64,000 nt of DNA from Candidatus Caldarchaeum sp. (GCA_038831915.1 JAWBKB010000008.1:1-64000), one strand, 5' to 3'. Counted from the first letter of the stretch, positions 40,686 through 51,468 are shown. The notes: generated by a model not told the origin, from the letters alone. A program made the numbers and translations.

Positions 40686-41881
40686 GATAGCTTAACAACA
40701 CCATATTCATCATAGTATTTTATCCACTCTGCTCTTTCCTCGGGTGACAGCTCATGTTTCACCATTTCGTAAATATTTGTCGCGGAAAGAATGGGAAAGA
40801 TTTCAACGCCAAGAGCTTTCTCTAGAAATTCGACTGCGCTTGTCTTTTCTTCTTCGGATACTTCTTGACGGTCGACCGCGACAACTACACCGACAATTTT
40901 TGGATTACCTAGTCTTGATAGCTTTTGGAACGAGGCGAGCTTTGTCTGACCGGTTGTCACCGTGTCGTCCACTATGAGAATTTTCCGGCCCGGTGTGTAG
41001 TATTCGGAGCCAACGATTGACGCATCCATCGAAACATCGCCATAATTCTTTATTTCTTTACGGTCGTAGAGAAAACGCTTGTTCAGGCCGTAGTATTCTT
41101 TCAACCCTTCACACGTTAGTGACGCGAGGTTGATGGCTTTGTAGGCGGGGCCGAACACGAAATCAAAGTCTTCAATCAGTCCGTCTTGTAGCAGGAGGGC
41201 GACGTGGCTGGCGAGAACCCATCGAAGCTTTGCAAGTGATTCGCCGTCGTTAAGAGCTCCGACGTTGACGAAGTAAGGGCTTATCCGGCCGCTTTTGAGC
41301 CTGAATTTCTGATGATATCTTAACCCGCCCTTTCTAATCAACAGATCGAGAAGCTCTCTCCGCACCCTGCTTCGCGAAATAAGTATGCCTGAAGAAGCTT
41401 TTTGAGTGATTTCCTTGACAGCGTCTTCATAGTAGTACACGTAGCCGCAGCTCTGGCAACGAAGGACAGACAGCTCTATTGTGGGGTTGAGCTGGATGGA
41501 GAAACGGCTACTGGGGCCTTTCGAGCTGCATGAAGGGTTTCGACAATCTATGACGCCGACAACTTCTTTCGGCGGCTGCACTCTCTGTTTTGTCTTCACT
41601 TTCCAGTCGGATATGATGTTGATGGTTGCTGTTGGTGAAATCAAAGCGATGACGTTTACGAGGCTTGAAGTAATGTATTCGCCTTCAATTTTGACGAGGT
41701 CTTTTCGACCGTATTTCGCTGATGGGACGTTTTTCGCGATGACGGCTGTTGAACCAGGGTCGGGGTTGAGAATACTGTAAATCAAAAAGCCTTTGCAGGG
41801 CGTGATATGATCGATTACTATTCCACGGATGATTTTCTGGACCAACAGCTTTTCTTCAGGCCGGTCCACGAAAACCCACAA
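40682..41881 (-). CDS. pyrI-pyrE: Fusion of aspartate carbamoyltransferase regulatory chain and orotate phosphoribosyltransferase
   Basis: N-half GIVIDHI, NVPS..GRKDLVKIE, CRNPSC/CQSC Zn site. C-half FRLKSGRISPYF, GPAYK, DRKE, VDDTVTTG. Confidence 0.9.
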   Translation of the reverse strand: MWVFVDRPEEKLLVQKIIRGIVIDHITPCKGFLIYSILNPDPGSTAVIAKNVPSAKYGRKDLVKIEGEYITSSLVNVIALISPTATINIISDWKVKTKQRVQPPKEVVGVIDCRNPSCSSKGPSSRFSIQLNPTIELSVLRCQSCGYVYYYEDAVKEITQKASSGILISRSRVRRELLDLLIRKGGLRYHQKFRLKSGRISPYFVNVGALNDGESLAKLRWVLASHVALLLQDGLIEDFDFVFGPAYKAINLASLTCEGLKEYYGLNKRFLYDRKEIKNYGDVSMDASIVGSEYYTPGRKILIVDDTVTTGQTKLASFQKLSRLGNPKIVGVVVAVDRQEVSEEEKTSAVEFLEKALGVEIFPILSATNIYEMVKHELSPEERAEWIKYYDEYGVVKLS

Positions 41882-41972
41882 TAACTGAGCGTCTGCATCT
41901 ATTTAAATGAACGACGGATGTTTTTTGCACGACCAAGGTTTATTAAAACTAACATTTTTTTGTTTGCAAGGG

Positions 41973-44234
41973 ATGCATACATTTGATTTCTTTCTGCCTG
42001 CTTTGTTAGCGGCTGGTTTTGCGGCATCAGCCGTCTCCCCTCTGTTAGGAAAATCTATTCGGAATTCTGAATGGATGGCTGGTTTCGCGGCCGCGGTTGC
42101 CTCTTTTCTGCTTGTTACTTTTGTGTGGCTGGTTCAAGGAGAGACTTCATACGTGGTTGAATGGGTTCATTCGATTGGTCTCGTGTTTGTTCTACGCCTC
42201 GATGCTCTTGCATACGTTTTCGCAGCGCTGATAACGGGGATAGGAGCCGTCATAATGTTTTACTCTCATTTCTACGTGGAGCGGGGCCGGCCACGGTATT
42301 TCGCTTATCTATCGCTTTTCATGGCTTCGATGCTGGGCCTTGTTTTGGCCGGCGACCTTGTCTCGCTATTTGTTTTTTGGGAACTTACCACGGTAAGCTC
42401 TTTTCTGCTAATTGGCTTCGACAGGTCCGAGCCCAAGGCACAGTTTTCCGCGTTCAAGGCGTTGCTGATTACGGGGTTTGGCGGCTTATCGCTTCTCGGC
42501 GCCCTCATTTTACTCGGAACAGTAGCTGGCACATACCAAATCGAAACCATTCTCACGTCAAATGAAGTGATTGTTTCGAGTCAGCTGTATCTACCGTTGC
42601 TGGTTTTTTTCGCTTTAGCTGTTGTAACGAAGTCTGCTCAATTCCCGCTACATATCTGGCTACCGGACGCCATGGTCGCTCCAACTCCGATAAGCGCCTA
42701 CCTGCATTCCGCCGCCATGGTCAAAGCGGGAATCTATTTGTTGGCACGTTTTGTTCCAGCTCTCGCTTCATCCGATTGGCAAATCATGCTATACGTTTTT
42801 GGAATGGTGACGACTTTAGTGGGCGGAATACTGGCCATCGCGTCGACAGAGCTAAAACGTATATTGGCTTACAGCACGGTGAGCCAGTTGGGGCTGCTTG
42901 TTTGGGCTTTTTCGACAGCCACCGACTATGGTTTGAAGGCAGGTGTGCTTCATATCGTCAGCCACGCTTTGGCGAAAGCTTCACTGTTTCTTGTGGTCGG
43001 CGCTGTAACATATGCTACACATGAATATGATATTCGGAAACTCGGCGGACTCGGCAGACAGATGCCGTTAACGGCTGCGGCGGCAGTGATTAGCGCTTTC
43101 GCGCTCGCTGGTCTACCGCCTACCATCGGCTTCCAAAGCAAAGAACTTATCTTCGAAGCAGGCATGAAAAACCCTTCGCCGCTAACTCCTCTGCTTCTGC
43201 TTCTCGGCAGCGGTCTGACGTTCGCCTACATCATTCATTTCTTCGCCAAAATATTTGTGACCGGTAAGAACAACCACGACATAAAAGAGCCCATGTATCT
43301 GGCTGTTCCAGCTCTTATTCTCGCTTCAGCAACGGTCCTCCTCTTTTTAACTCCTTCAACCGTGATGGGTCTCGTTTACACTGCGGTGTATGGCAAAAAC
43401 ACATTCACCGGGTTAAACCTCACAGCTGAAGGAATTATGATGAGCATCGCGTCAGCAGGCATTGGGTTGGCGATTTTCAAATGGTTTGGAAATGTTGCGG
43501 CGTTTGTTGATAAAACGACCTCCAGTCTTCAGCCCTATTCTTTCGACAGGCTGTACGGTTTGGTCGTCGGCTCCATCAACGTCGTCGCGGCCCGAGCAGG
43601 ACTTCTGATTCAGAACGGCTCAATCCGACGCTATAGTTTAGCGTTCATCGTTTTCGCGGTCGCGGCGTTCACACCGTCTTTCCTGTTTACAAACCTAAAG
43701 ATTCCCATGGTCACTACGATGGATGAATGGTTGCTCGCCGGCGTTTTGCTCGGGTTGGTTGTCATGGCAGCCTTGGCCGCTTTCTTCAACAACTTACTCT
43801 ACGCAGTTCTGAGCCTCAGCGGCATGGGTTTCCTTCTCGCCCTCACATTCATGCTGCTCAAAGCACCGGACCTCGCGATGACTCAAATCGTCGTCGAAAT
43901 CATCTTCATCGTGTTTTTCCTCATCGTCATCTACAAAATTCCACCAAGAGCAATAAAGAAAACGCGCCCCCTCAAACCGTTCGACTACTTCCTCGCAATC
44001 GCCGCGGCTATCGCCATGGCGGCTCAGCTCAACGCATCACTCGCAAACACCTACTACCCGTCAGACGCCTACTTCTTCCTCGACCCCGAAAAAGTAAAAC
44101 AAACAGGCGGAATCAACATCGTCAACATCATACTAGTCGACTTCCGCGCCTTCGACACATGGGGAGAAATCACAGTCCTCGTGCTCGCAGCACTCGCATC
44201 CTACACGCTCCTACGGAGGTGGAAACATGACTAG
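41973..44234 (+). CDS. mrpA: Mrp Na+/H+ antiporter subunit A
   Basis: FWELT, KSAQFP, WLPDAMVAPTPISAYLHS, APDLAMTQ, DFRAFDTWGE. Confidence 0.93.
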   Translation: MHTFDFFLPALLAAGFAASAVSPLLGKSIRNSEWMAGFAAAVASFLLVTFVWLVQGETSYVVEWVHSIGLVFVLRLDALAYVFAALITGIGAVIMFYSHFYVERGRPRYFAYLSLFMASMLGLVLAGDLVSLFVFWELTTVSSFLLIGFDRSEPKAQFSAFKALLITGFGGLSLLGALILLGTVAGTYQIETILTSNEVIVSSQLYLPLLVFFALAVVTKSAQFPLHIWLPDAMVAPTPISAYLHSAAMVKAGIYLLARFVPALASSDWQIMLYVFGMVTTLVGGILAIASTELKRILAYSTVSQLGLLVWAFSTATDYGLKAGVLHIVSHALAKASLFLVVGAVTYATHEYDIRKLGGLGRQMPLTAAAAVISAFALAGLPPTIGFQSKELIFEAGMKNPSPLTPLLLLLGSGLTFAYIIHFFAKIFVTGKNNHDIKEPMYLAVPALILASATVLLFLTPSTVMGLVYTAVYGKNTFTGLNLTAEGIMMSIASAGIGLAIFKWFGNVAAFVDKTTSSLQPYSFDRLYGLVVGSINVVAARAGLLIQNGSIRRYSLAFIVFAVAAFTPSFLFTNLKIPMVTTMDEWLLAGVLLGLVVMAALAAFFNNLLYAVLSLSGMGFLLALTFMLLKAPDLAMTQIVVEIIFIVFFLIVIYKIPPRAIKKTRPLKPFDYFLAIAAAIAMAAQLNASLANTYYPSDAYFFLDPEKVKQTGGINIVNIILVDFRAFDTWGEITVLVLAALASYTLLRRWKHD

Positions 44235-44652
44235 CATCGTGGCCCGCGTAGTAGCTAAAGCGGTTCTCTACATAGGAACCTTGTTCTCCGTAACTCTACT
44301 TTTCGCAGGCCATTTCGAGCCTGGCGGGGGATTCATCGGCGGCGTAATGGCCGCGAGCATTCTGGCGATGTTCTACATAATATTCGGGAAAAGCTACGTC
44401 GAATCACATTTCAGAATCGATTACCTACTTATCGCGACAATCGGATTACTTATCTCGTCTAGTGTAGCCGTAATGCCTGCTTTCCTAGGCCGGCCGATTC
44501 TAACCAACATCTTGTTTGAATTCGAGGCGCCGTTGCTCGGCGAGGTGAAAATTGCTTCGTCGACGGTGTTCGACATCGGTGTTTATTTTACGGTGGTCGG
44601 AGTAATCATGTCGATTTTCAAAAGCGCTTCGGGGAGTGAGGTTCATGAATAG
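44227..44652 (+). CDS. mrpB: Mrp subunit B
   Basis: GHFEPGGGFIGG, FDIGVY. Confidence 0.92.
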   Translation: MTSIVARVVAKAVLYIGTLFSVTLLFAGHFEPGGGFIGGVMAASILAMFYIIFGKSYVESHFRIDYLLIATIGLLISSSVAVMPAFLGRPILTNILFEFEAPLLGEVKIASSTVFDIGVYFTVVGVIMSIFKSASGSEVHE

Positions 44653-44974
44653 CCTGTTCGCGGTCGTGATTGGTGTTTTGTTCGGCATAGCGGTGTACTG
44701 CATAAGGCAGCACAACGTTGTCAAGCTGGTCATCGGCCTCGGCATTTTGAGCAACGCGATAAACCTCACCATAGTGGCGGTTGGGTTCCGCGGTGTTTCA
44801 GCCCCCATCCTCGGTCTTGAAGCACCTTACGCAGACCCCCTAGTCCAAGCCATGACTTTAACAGCCATCGTCATCGGATTCGGCGTCACGTCTTTCGCAC
44901 TCGTTCTGGCATATTCGCTCATCCGTTCCGAAAACAGCGTCGAAGTAGACGAATACAAAAAACTGAAAGGGTGA
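44645..44974 (+). CDS. mrpC: Mrp subunit C
   Basis: DPLVQAMTLTAIVIGFG. Confidence 0.92.
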   Translation: MNSLFAVVIGVLFGIAVYCIRQHNVVKLVIGLGILSNAINLTIVAVGFRGVSAPILGLEAPYADPLVQAMTLTAIVIGFGVTSFALVLAYSLIRSENSVEVDEYKKLKG

Positions 44975-44978
44975 TAAA

Positions 44979-46484
44979 ATGAGTCTACTCGCCGCCCTGC
45001 CAGTTATGCTGCCTTTCGTAACCGGCGTTTTGATGCTTCCTCTCTACCGTGTTCCATCTGTTCAAAAAGCCGTAGCCCTCGGAGGAAAAGCTATCACACT
45101 CGCTGTTTCGGCGTATTTGCTTTACATAGTCTGGTCCGATGGGACTCTTGTTCACACGGTTTCGGGATGGCCTCCGCCCGCGGGAATAATACTGGTCGCA
45201 GACCTTCTCAGCACAACCTTCGTCGTCATCACGGTCGGCATATTTCTTTCATCACTTATCTTCGGCCTAGCATACATCGACGAAGAATCCCGCCGCCTAT
45301 CTTATCTCCCTCTCGTGTTTTTCCTTCTCGCGGGAATCAACGGCGCATATCTAACCGGGGACATCTTCAACTTCTTCGTCTTCCTCGAAGTCACACTACT
45401 CGCGACTTATGGGCTTGTTTTGATACGTGACCCCGACGGCATCGTGACCCGACGTGAAAAAATGGAAGCCGTGTTCAAATTCCTCACCCTAAACCTTCTC
45501 GGAACATCGGCGATGCTGGTCGCGATTTCGATAATCTACGCTGATGTCGGGACCTTGAACATGGTCGAGCTAAGTCAACGTATCGCCGTGCTACGCAGCA
45601 CGGGCGTGACACACGTGGAAACAGCCGCCTATCTTCTACTCGCCGCCTTCGGGCTCAAAGCCGCCCTGACACCGTTTCATTTCTGGCTACCCGACCTTCA
45701 TCCATCAGCTCCCATACCTATACACGCGATTCTGAGCGGCGTCGTAATCAAAGTCGGAGCATACGCAGTAATCCGACTCAACACCCTTCTTTTCCCCAAC
45801 CTACCTCTACTATCCTCGCTGACGATTGTTCTTTCGCTCGCCACGATACTTGTGGGAGGATTTCTCGCGCTCGGACAGTCCGACATCAAAAGACTGCTGG
45901 CTTACAGCAGCGTGAGTCAGATGGGGTTCATCATTCTCGCTTTGGGAGTCGGTGGTTCGAAAGGGGTTGCGGCGTCTGTTCTTTTCGCAGTCAATCATGC
46001 CATCATCAAAACCATGCTCTTCCTCACCGCTGGCACAGTCATCCACATCACGAAAACAGCATACCTACCTAAGCTCGGAGGCCTTTCCAAACATTCAACA
46101 TTTTTGACAACTACTTTCTTCATCGGAGCCATGGCCATAACAGGTATTCCGCCGATGAACGGATTTATCAGCAAATTCATCGTCTTCCAGCTTCTCCTCG
46201 AAAACAGCTCCCTAATCGTGTTTCTGATAGCTTTCGCCGGCGCGTTGATGACCTTGTTCTACTCGTTCAGGCCGTTCATCAAAATCTTCTGGGGTGAAAC
46301 CATAACGACGCCGACACAGCCTGTTGTCAATTCTTACAGAGCACCTATTGCGGCCCTCGCAGCTCTCTGCGTTATTTTCGGCGTCTTTGCAGCTCCGTTG
46401 ATAGATTTGGCGAACGCGGTCGGCGAACAGGCGAGCAACCCAACCTATTACTATGAGGCGGTGAACAGGGTGAAGCAGCCGTGA
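44979..46484 (+). CDS. mrpD: Mrp subunit D
   Basis: GDIFNFFVFLE, FWLPD, DIKRLLAYSS, GIPPMNGFISK. Confidence 0.92.
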   Translation: MSLLAALPVMLPFVTGVLMLPLYRVPSVQKAVALGGKAITLAVSAYLLYIVWSDGTLVHTVSGWPPPAGIILVADLLSTTFVVITVGIFLSSLIFGLAYIDEESRRLSYLPLVFFLLAGINGAYLTGDIFNFFVFLEVTLLATYGLVLIRDPDGIVTRREKMEAVFKFLTLNLLGTSAMLVAISIIYADVGTLNMVELSQRIAVLRSTGVTHVETAAYLLLAAFGLKAALTPFHFWLPDLHPSAPIPIHAILSGVVIKVGAYAVIRLNTLLFPNLPLLSSLTIVLSLATILVGGFLALGQSDIKRLLAYSSVSQMGFIILALGVGGSKGVAASVLFAVNHAIIKTMLFLTAGTVIHITKTAYLPKLGGLSKHSTFLTTTFFIGAMAITGIPPMNGFISKFIVFQLLLENSSLIVFLIAFAGALMTLFYSFRPFIKIFWGETITTPTQPVVNSYRAPIAALAALCVIFGVFAAPLIDLANAVGEQASNPTYYYEAVNRVKQP

Positions 46485-46972
46485 AGAAATACCCGTTCAT
46501 CATCATTCTGCTGACTCCTATCTACATGATGTTGAAAGGAAGCCTTTCAGCGACTTCATTTCTCGAAGGCGTGTTCTTCTCGACGCTTGCTCTTCTCGCA
46601 ACTCGAACCATCATCAAACCCGATGTACGCGAAACTCTGCCAGGATTGTTGAAGCGTATTCCGGGATTCATCATCTATGTTGTGTTCTTTTTCGTAGACG
46701 CCTTCCTGGCTACGCTCGACCTTATTTATCGCTGCCTACATCCCAAGCTTCCCATTTATCCGGGAATAGTCGCGGTGGACATTCTCGGAGTCAGCGAACT
46801 TCACGCAGCCATGGTCAGCAACACACTCAACCTAACCCCGGGAACACTCGTCATGGACGTCGACATGAAACAACGAATCATCTACGTGCACACCATCAAC
46901 GCCAGAGACCTCGAATCAACCAAGAAACGAATATTGAACGTCGAGAAATACGTGGAGAGGGTTGTGAAATGA
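46481..46972 (+). CDS. mrpE: Mrp subunit E
   Basis: PGIV, LTPGTL, YVHTI. Confidence 0.9.
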   Translation: MKKYPFIIILLTPIYMMLKGSLSATSFLEGVFFSTLALLATRTIIKPDVRETLPGLLKRIPGFIIYVVFFFVDAFLATLDLIYRCLHPKLPIYPGIVAVDILGVSELHAAMVSNTLNLTPGTLVMDVDMKQRIIYVHTINARDLESTKKRILNVEKYVERVVK

Positions 46973-47229
46973 TCTTCTTGGTTGCGATGATTTTTCTCAG
47001 CGGCTTGATTCCTTTCGTATTAGCCGTGTTTATCAGGGCGCAGACTCTTGTGGATAAAGTCGTCGCGTTGGAAACGGTGGTTTTTATTGTAACCGCGGTG
47101 CTAATACTGAACGCTTTTCATAGCGGGTCATCAGTCTACATCGACGCAGCCCTGATTCTCGCGGTCTTCGGCTTCCTATCCACGGTCGCTATCGCTAAAT
47201 ATCTCGAAGAGGGGAATGTCTTTGCTTGA
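46969..47229 (+). CDS. mrpF: Mrp subunit F
   Basis: DKVVALE, FLSTVAIAKYL. Confidence 0.88.
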   Translation: MIFLVAMIFLSGLIPFVLAVFIRAQTLVDKVVALETVVFIVTAVLILNAFHSGSSVYIDAALILAVFGFLSTVAIAKYLEEGNVFA

Positions 47230-47566
47230 AATCATATCGATGATTCTTCTGGGATTTGGGTTGCTCGTCTACGTCACTGGCATAGTCGGAATCATTAGAC
47301 TGCCCGACGTCTACAACAGGCTTCATGCAGTAACGAAAACTTCCTTCATCGGAGTGTTGTTCATCATTCTTTCAGGCGTAGTCTACTACGGCAACAATCC
47401 TTTGAGCATCAAGGCAATCGCGATAGCGATTTTCCTAACCATCACATACCCGGTCGCAGGCCACTTGTTAGCGAGAGCCGCCTACAGAACAGGCGTACCA
47501 ACATCCGAAAAAACACTGCACGACGAATATAGAAAACTCGTGAAACTCGGTGAAGAAAAACAATAA
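47216..47566 (+). CDS. mrpG: Mrp subunit G
   Basis: RLPDVYNRLHA, PVAGHLLARAA. Confidence 0.92.
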   Translation: MSLLEIISMILLGFGLLVYVTGIVGIIRLPDVYNRLHAVTKTSFIGVLFIILSGVVYYGNNPLSIKAIAIAIFLTITYPVAGHLLARAAYRTGVPTSEKTLHDEYRKLVKLGEEKQ

Positions 47567-47778
47567 CATCAAAGTCCACAGCCTTCCCGCTGTTGGTTTA
47601 CCAAAGCACTATTCCGCACTGCTTCATCGCGACTTAGCTTCGGCACATGAATCCGCAAGAACTTCGGAAAATTGAACGCATGCATTCATTTCAAGCCAAG
47701 TTACACCATGTTGAAAAGACATGGCGATGAAATCCCTCCTGGCAGTGCATAGTCGAGATATTTGCTTTGTATGACGGT

Positions 47779-49035
47779 TCAAAAAGGCAGTGAAGCGAGA
47801 AAAAGCGGAACTTCGTCACGTCGCAGAACCGTGAAATCTTTTAGCCATCGCGGCCGACGGCCCGCCGCACCGTCCCACTTCAGTTCAAACCCTTACATGT
47901 TTTCACCGTGTTTGACCAAGCAGTCGACTTCTCCACCGTTACGCCAATAGAACACGTCGTGCTGTCTCGCAAGATGCGAAGCGACAACTCCTTCCACCAT
48001 GGTAGCCGAATCTACCTCAACACGGCAGAAATCCGCTAAACATCTGTAAACGAAAGGGTCGATGAAATGGATTTTCCTGTTCTTCCTTTTGTGTATTTTT
48101 CCAGAGGGGTCGATGAATTTGAGAACGACGACGGTCATCATGTTTTCCAAAGCTTCGGCATAGCTTCTCACCGTGTTAGGCGACGCTATTGACGTGGCTT
48201 TCGCTATTGACATCCAGCTGACGGGAGCGGCTTTCGCGTTCAAAAGATAAGCCACAACCTCTTTCATCGACGTCTCACTTTTCCCAACTCTGAGCAGGTC
48301 ACTTCTGAACCCGTCGAGGAATACACGCACCGACTCTATCCCGGCTCTTCCGTGCATGTGTTTTTCTTTTATCGCTGGCGGAAATCCCCCGGTCTGAAGA
48401 TAATCATCGAAGATGTCGGCGATGGATTGTTGGTAGATTCTGTTTGCTTCGATTTTGCTAACTGCTTCCTGTAAGTGGGTCAGTTTTGCCGTTTCGACAC
48501 CGTAGATTTTCGAGACGTAGGAGCCGAAGCTGAGAGGTAGCATTTTGACGTCTCTTCTCTTTCCCCTTCGACCGGGAAAAAGCTCCCTCTGACGTAGCAG
48601 CTCGATATCAACCGAGCCGGTCACAGTGACAACCGAAGTGGAAAGAGAGCCGTCGTCAACTCGCGCTTTCACCGCTCTCCACCAATCTTCGACAAACGTC
48701 ACCTCATCGAGAAAAATGTAGGAAATCTTAACACCCGCTGCAGTCTTAGCTTTGAGGTAGTCATCGATTATTTCGCCCAACTCCTTGTAGTTTGAAAGCT
48801 CGTCGCACGAATAGTAGAAAACCGCCCGCGGCTCAACTTTTTCGAGCAAACGATGAATGAGAATTTTCACCATAGTGGTTTTTCCAACCTGACAAGGGCC
48901 GTAGACGAAGTTGAGTGAAAAAGGTTCATGCGGAATTTTTTCAACTTCGTCTGGAACCCATTTTATCTTGGAGCTAAGCCACTCCGAATAAAATGGGTCG
49001 GCTTCCTTAACCCACTAAGGGTTCCAACGTTCCAT
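47779..49035 (-). pseudogene. AAA+ ATPase with C-terminal nuclease-like domain (COG1373/DUF4143-like), two in-frame stops
   Basis: MERWNP*W (TAG 49015-49017), GPCQVGKTT, FLDEV, TGGFP, EVDC..M*GFELKW (TAA 47893-47895), all in one frame. Confidence 0.82.
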
Positions 49036-49131
49036 TATCCGCAGTAAGACTGCAAATCATTATTTATATGGGTTTGCAGTTTCGTTGCAAATGATTTAAA
49101 TATTATGGTTGAGGAGATTTGGCCATCCCGG

Positions 49132-51468
49132 TTAGGGTTGTCTGGCTTTCTGGATAAGGTTCCTGATGTATTCGGGTTTTAGCGGTGTTTGGTCGACCAT
49201 GACGCCGAGATGTGATAATGCGTCTTGGACCGCGTTGGCGAGGGCTGCGGGGGCGGCTATTGCTCCGCCTTCACCCATTCCTTTGAATCCGCCGGGCTGC
49301 GGCGACGGTGTTTCCATGTGTTCGATGTTCATGTTGAACATTTCCACGGCTGACGGAATCAGGTAGTCCGCGAAAGTACTGGTCAGGAGTTGGCCATTTT
49401 CGTCGTAGACAAGCTCTTCATAGACGGCGCCGCCGACGCCATGCGCAACGGCTCCGTGTATCTGGCCGTATAATGTTAGTGGGTTGAGGACTCGGCCGCT
49501 GTCGTCGAAGATGTAGTATTCGAGAACTTTGAATTTGCCTGTTTCGGGGTCGACTTCGACGACGGGGATGTGGACGGCGTAGCTGCAGGTTGTGAAAGCT
49601 TTTGGTTCGTAGTGAGCTGTGAATTCGAGGCCTGGCTCGGTTTCGGGAGGCAGTCGTGTGGGCTGTCTCCAGGCGATCTTCGCGACTTCGGCGAATGTAA
49701 CATGGCGGTCGGGCGAGTCTTTCACGTAGAGCTTGCTGTCAGCGGCTTCGATATCTTCGGGGTTGGCTTCGAGTAGATGGGCTGCGATTTTCCTCATTTT
49801 GTCAAGTGCGGCCTGGCAGGCTTTGATGATGGCTCCGCCGACCGCGACTGTGCTTCGGCTCGCCCACGCTCCGAATCCGTAGGGACATGTTTTGCTGTCG
49901 CCTTCGACGACGACTACATCGTCCATGTTGGCGCCGAGATATTCGGCTGCCAGCTGAGCATAAACAGTGTAATGGCCTTGGCCTTGGCTGGCTGTCCCAG
50001 TCAACACCACCACTTTTCCTTCAGGCTCGATGCGGACCGTTGCCGAGTCGTATCCACCGACTTCCCATCCAAGGCCTTTGTCAAGCCTTTCACTGCTCGG
50101 AGTAGTGTATTCTACGTACATAGCCAACCCTATTCCGACCAAACGGCCCTGTCGTTTTGCTTCCTGCTGCATCTTTCTCAGCTTCGAGTAGTTGGAAATT
50201 TTCAGGGCTTCTTCGAGTGCTTTGGGGTAGTTGCCGCTGTCGTAGACGATGTTGTGTATGTTTTTGAACGGCATGGCTTCGGCTGGAATAAGGTTTCTGA
50301 ACCTGATTTCCGCAGGGTCAATTCCGATGATGCGGGCGGCGTCGTCCATCAGCCTTTCCATGACGAATGCCGCGACTGGTCTTCCAAATCCGCGGTGAGG
50401 TGAATAAGGTGCTTTGTTGGTTGCGACGCAGAAAACCTCATACTGGTAGGCGTCGAACACGTAGGGCCCGGGGATGGCGGCCATCGTAACCATAACGGGC
50501 TGTGTCTCGGTCCAAAACGCGCCGTAGACACCGATATCCGCGATCACCTTGTCACGTATCGCGAGAAGTTTTCCATCTCGTCGAAAAGCGGCTTCAACAT
50601 AGTGAACCTGCTGACGTTCATGACCACAAATCAGCATGTGTTCGGTTCGTGTTTCAACCCATTTCACAGGTCTGCCCAGCTTCATCGCAAGCTGAATTGT
50701 CGCCAGCTCTTCGGGCCAGACGCTTGACTTGGGCCCGAAACCACCGCCGACATCGGGAGCGATGACTCGTATTTTGTTTTCAGGATAGTTGAGGGCCTGT
50801 GAAAGATATGTTTGGAGAACGTGTGGGAACTGTGTCGAATCCCAGACGGTTAACTCTCCTCTCGCTGGGGCGAAGTCAGCCACGACTCCACGGCCTTCGA
50901 TAGGGGTCGGCGCGTATCTCTGGTTGACGTATCGACGTTTCACCACGACGTCAGCTGTCGCAAAAGCTTTTTCGACGTCGCCGGCGCTGTAGCTATAGTT
51001 CATGATGATGTTGTCACCCCATTCTTCGTAGAGAAGCGGGGAGCCGGGTTCAAGGCCTTTTTCCGCGTCGACAACTGCTGGCAAAGGCTCGATTTCTACC
51101 TCGACAGATGAAACAACGTCTTCGACGCTGTAGCGGTCTTTCACCGCGATAGCTACTATCGGTTCGCCGACAAACCGGACTTTTCCTTTGGCAAGGCTGT
51201 AACGTGGAACCTGCCGAAGACCTTTGTATTTCATCCAGCTAGGCAGTGGAGCGGCTTCGTCTGGAAGCAGAGCGGCTACGAAGTCCGGATGTTTCATGGC
51301 TTCTGAAAGGTTTATTGAAACGATTCGGCCGTGAGCATAGTTTGAGCGGACGAAGCCGGCGTAAATCATGTTGGGGAGTTTTATGTCGTCGACGTAGCGG
51401 CCGCGGCCCGTGAGCAGAATAGGGTCTTCACGCCGTTTAATCGGCTGCCCAACATATTTTCCCATCAC
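49132..51468 (-). CDS. Xanthine oxidase family molybdopterin large subunit (CoxL/CutL-like, not form I CODH)
   Basis: RREDP..LTGRGRYVDD, STQFPH, GGGFG, PHRGFGR, ASRST, KGMGEGG. Confidence 0.88.
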   Translation of the reverse strand: MMGKYVGQPIKRREDPILLTGRGRYVDDIKLPNMIYAGFVRSNYAHGRIVSINLSEAMKHPDFVAALLPDEAAPLPSWMKYKGLRQVPRYSLAKGKVRFVGEPIVAIAVKDRYSVEDVVSSVEVEIEPLPAVVDAEKGLEPGSPLLYEEWGDNIIMNYSYSAGDVEKAFATADVVVKRRYVNQRYAPTPIEGRGVVADFAPARGELTVWDSTQFPHVLQTYLSQALNYPENKIRVIAPDVGGGFGPKSSVWPEELATIQLAMKLGRPVKWVETRTEHMLICGHERQQVHYVEAAFRRDGKLLAIRDKVIADIGVYGAFWTETQPVMVTMAAIPGPYVFDAYQYEVFCVATNKAPYSPHRGFGRPVAAFVMERLMDDAARIIGIDPAEIRFRNLIPAEAMPFKNIHNIVYDSGNYPKALEEALKISNYSKLRKMQQEAKRQGRLVGIGLAMYVEYTTPSSERLDKGLGWEVGGYDSATVRIEPEGKVVVLTGTASQGQGHYTVYAQLAAEYLGANMDDVVVVEGDSKTCPYGFGAWASRSTVAVGGAIIKACQAALDKMRKIAAHLLEANPEDIEAADSKLYVKDSPDRHVTFAEVAKIAWRQPTRLPPETEPGLEFTAHYEPKAFTTCSYAVHIPVVEVDPETGKFKVLEYYIFDDSGRVLNPLTLYGQIHGAVAHGVGGAVYEELVYDENGQLLTSTFADYLIPSAVEMFNMNIEHMETPSPQPGGFKGMGEGGAIAAPAALANAVQDALSHLGVMVDQTPLKPEYIRNLIQKARQP

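Noticed and set aside
49015-49017. In-frame TAG read as pyrrolysine
   Set aside because: It is a probable Trp site (NPWW), the same gene has a second TAA stop, and no pyl genes are visible
49132-51468. Aerobic CO dehydrogenase
   Set aside because: Lacks the AYxCSFR motif and adjacent coxM/coxS
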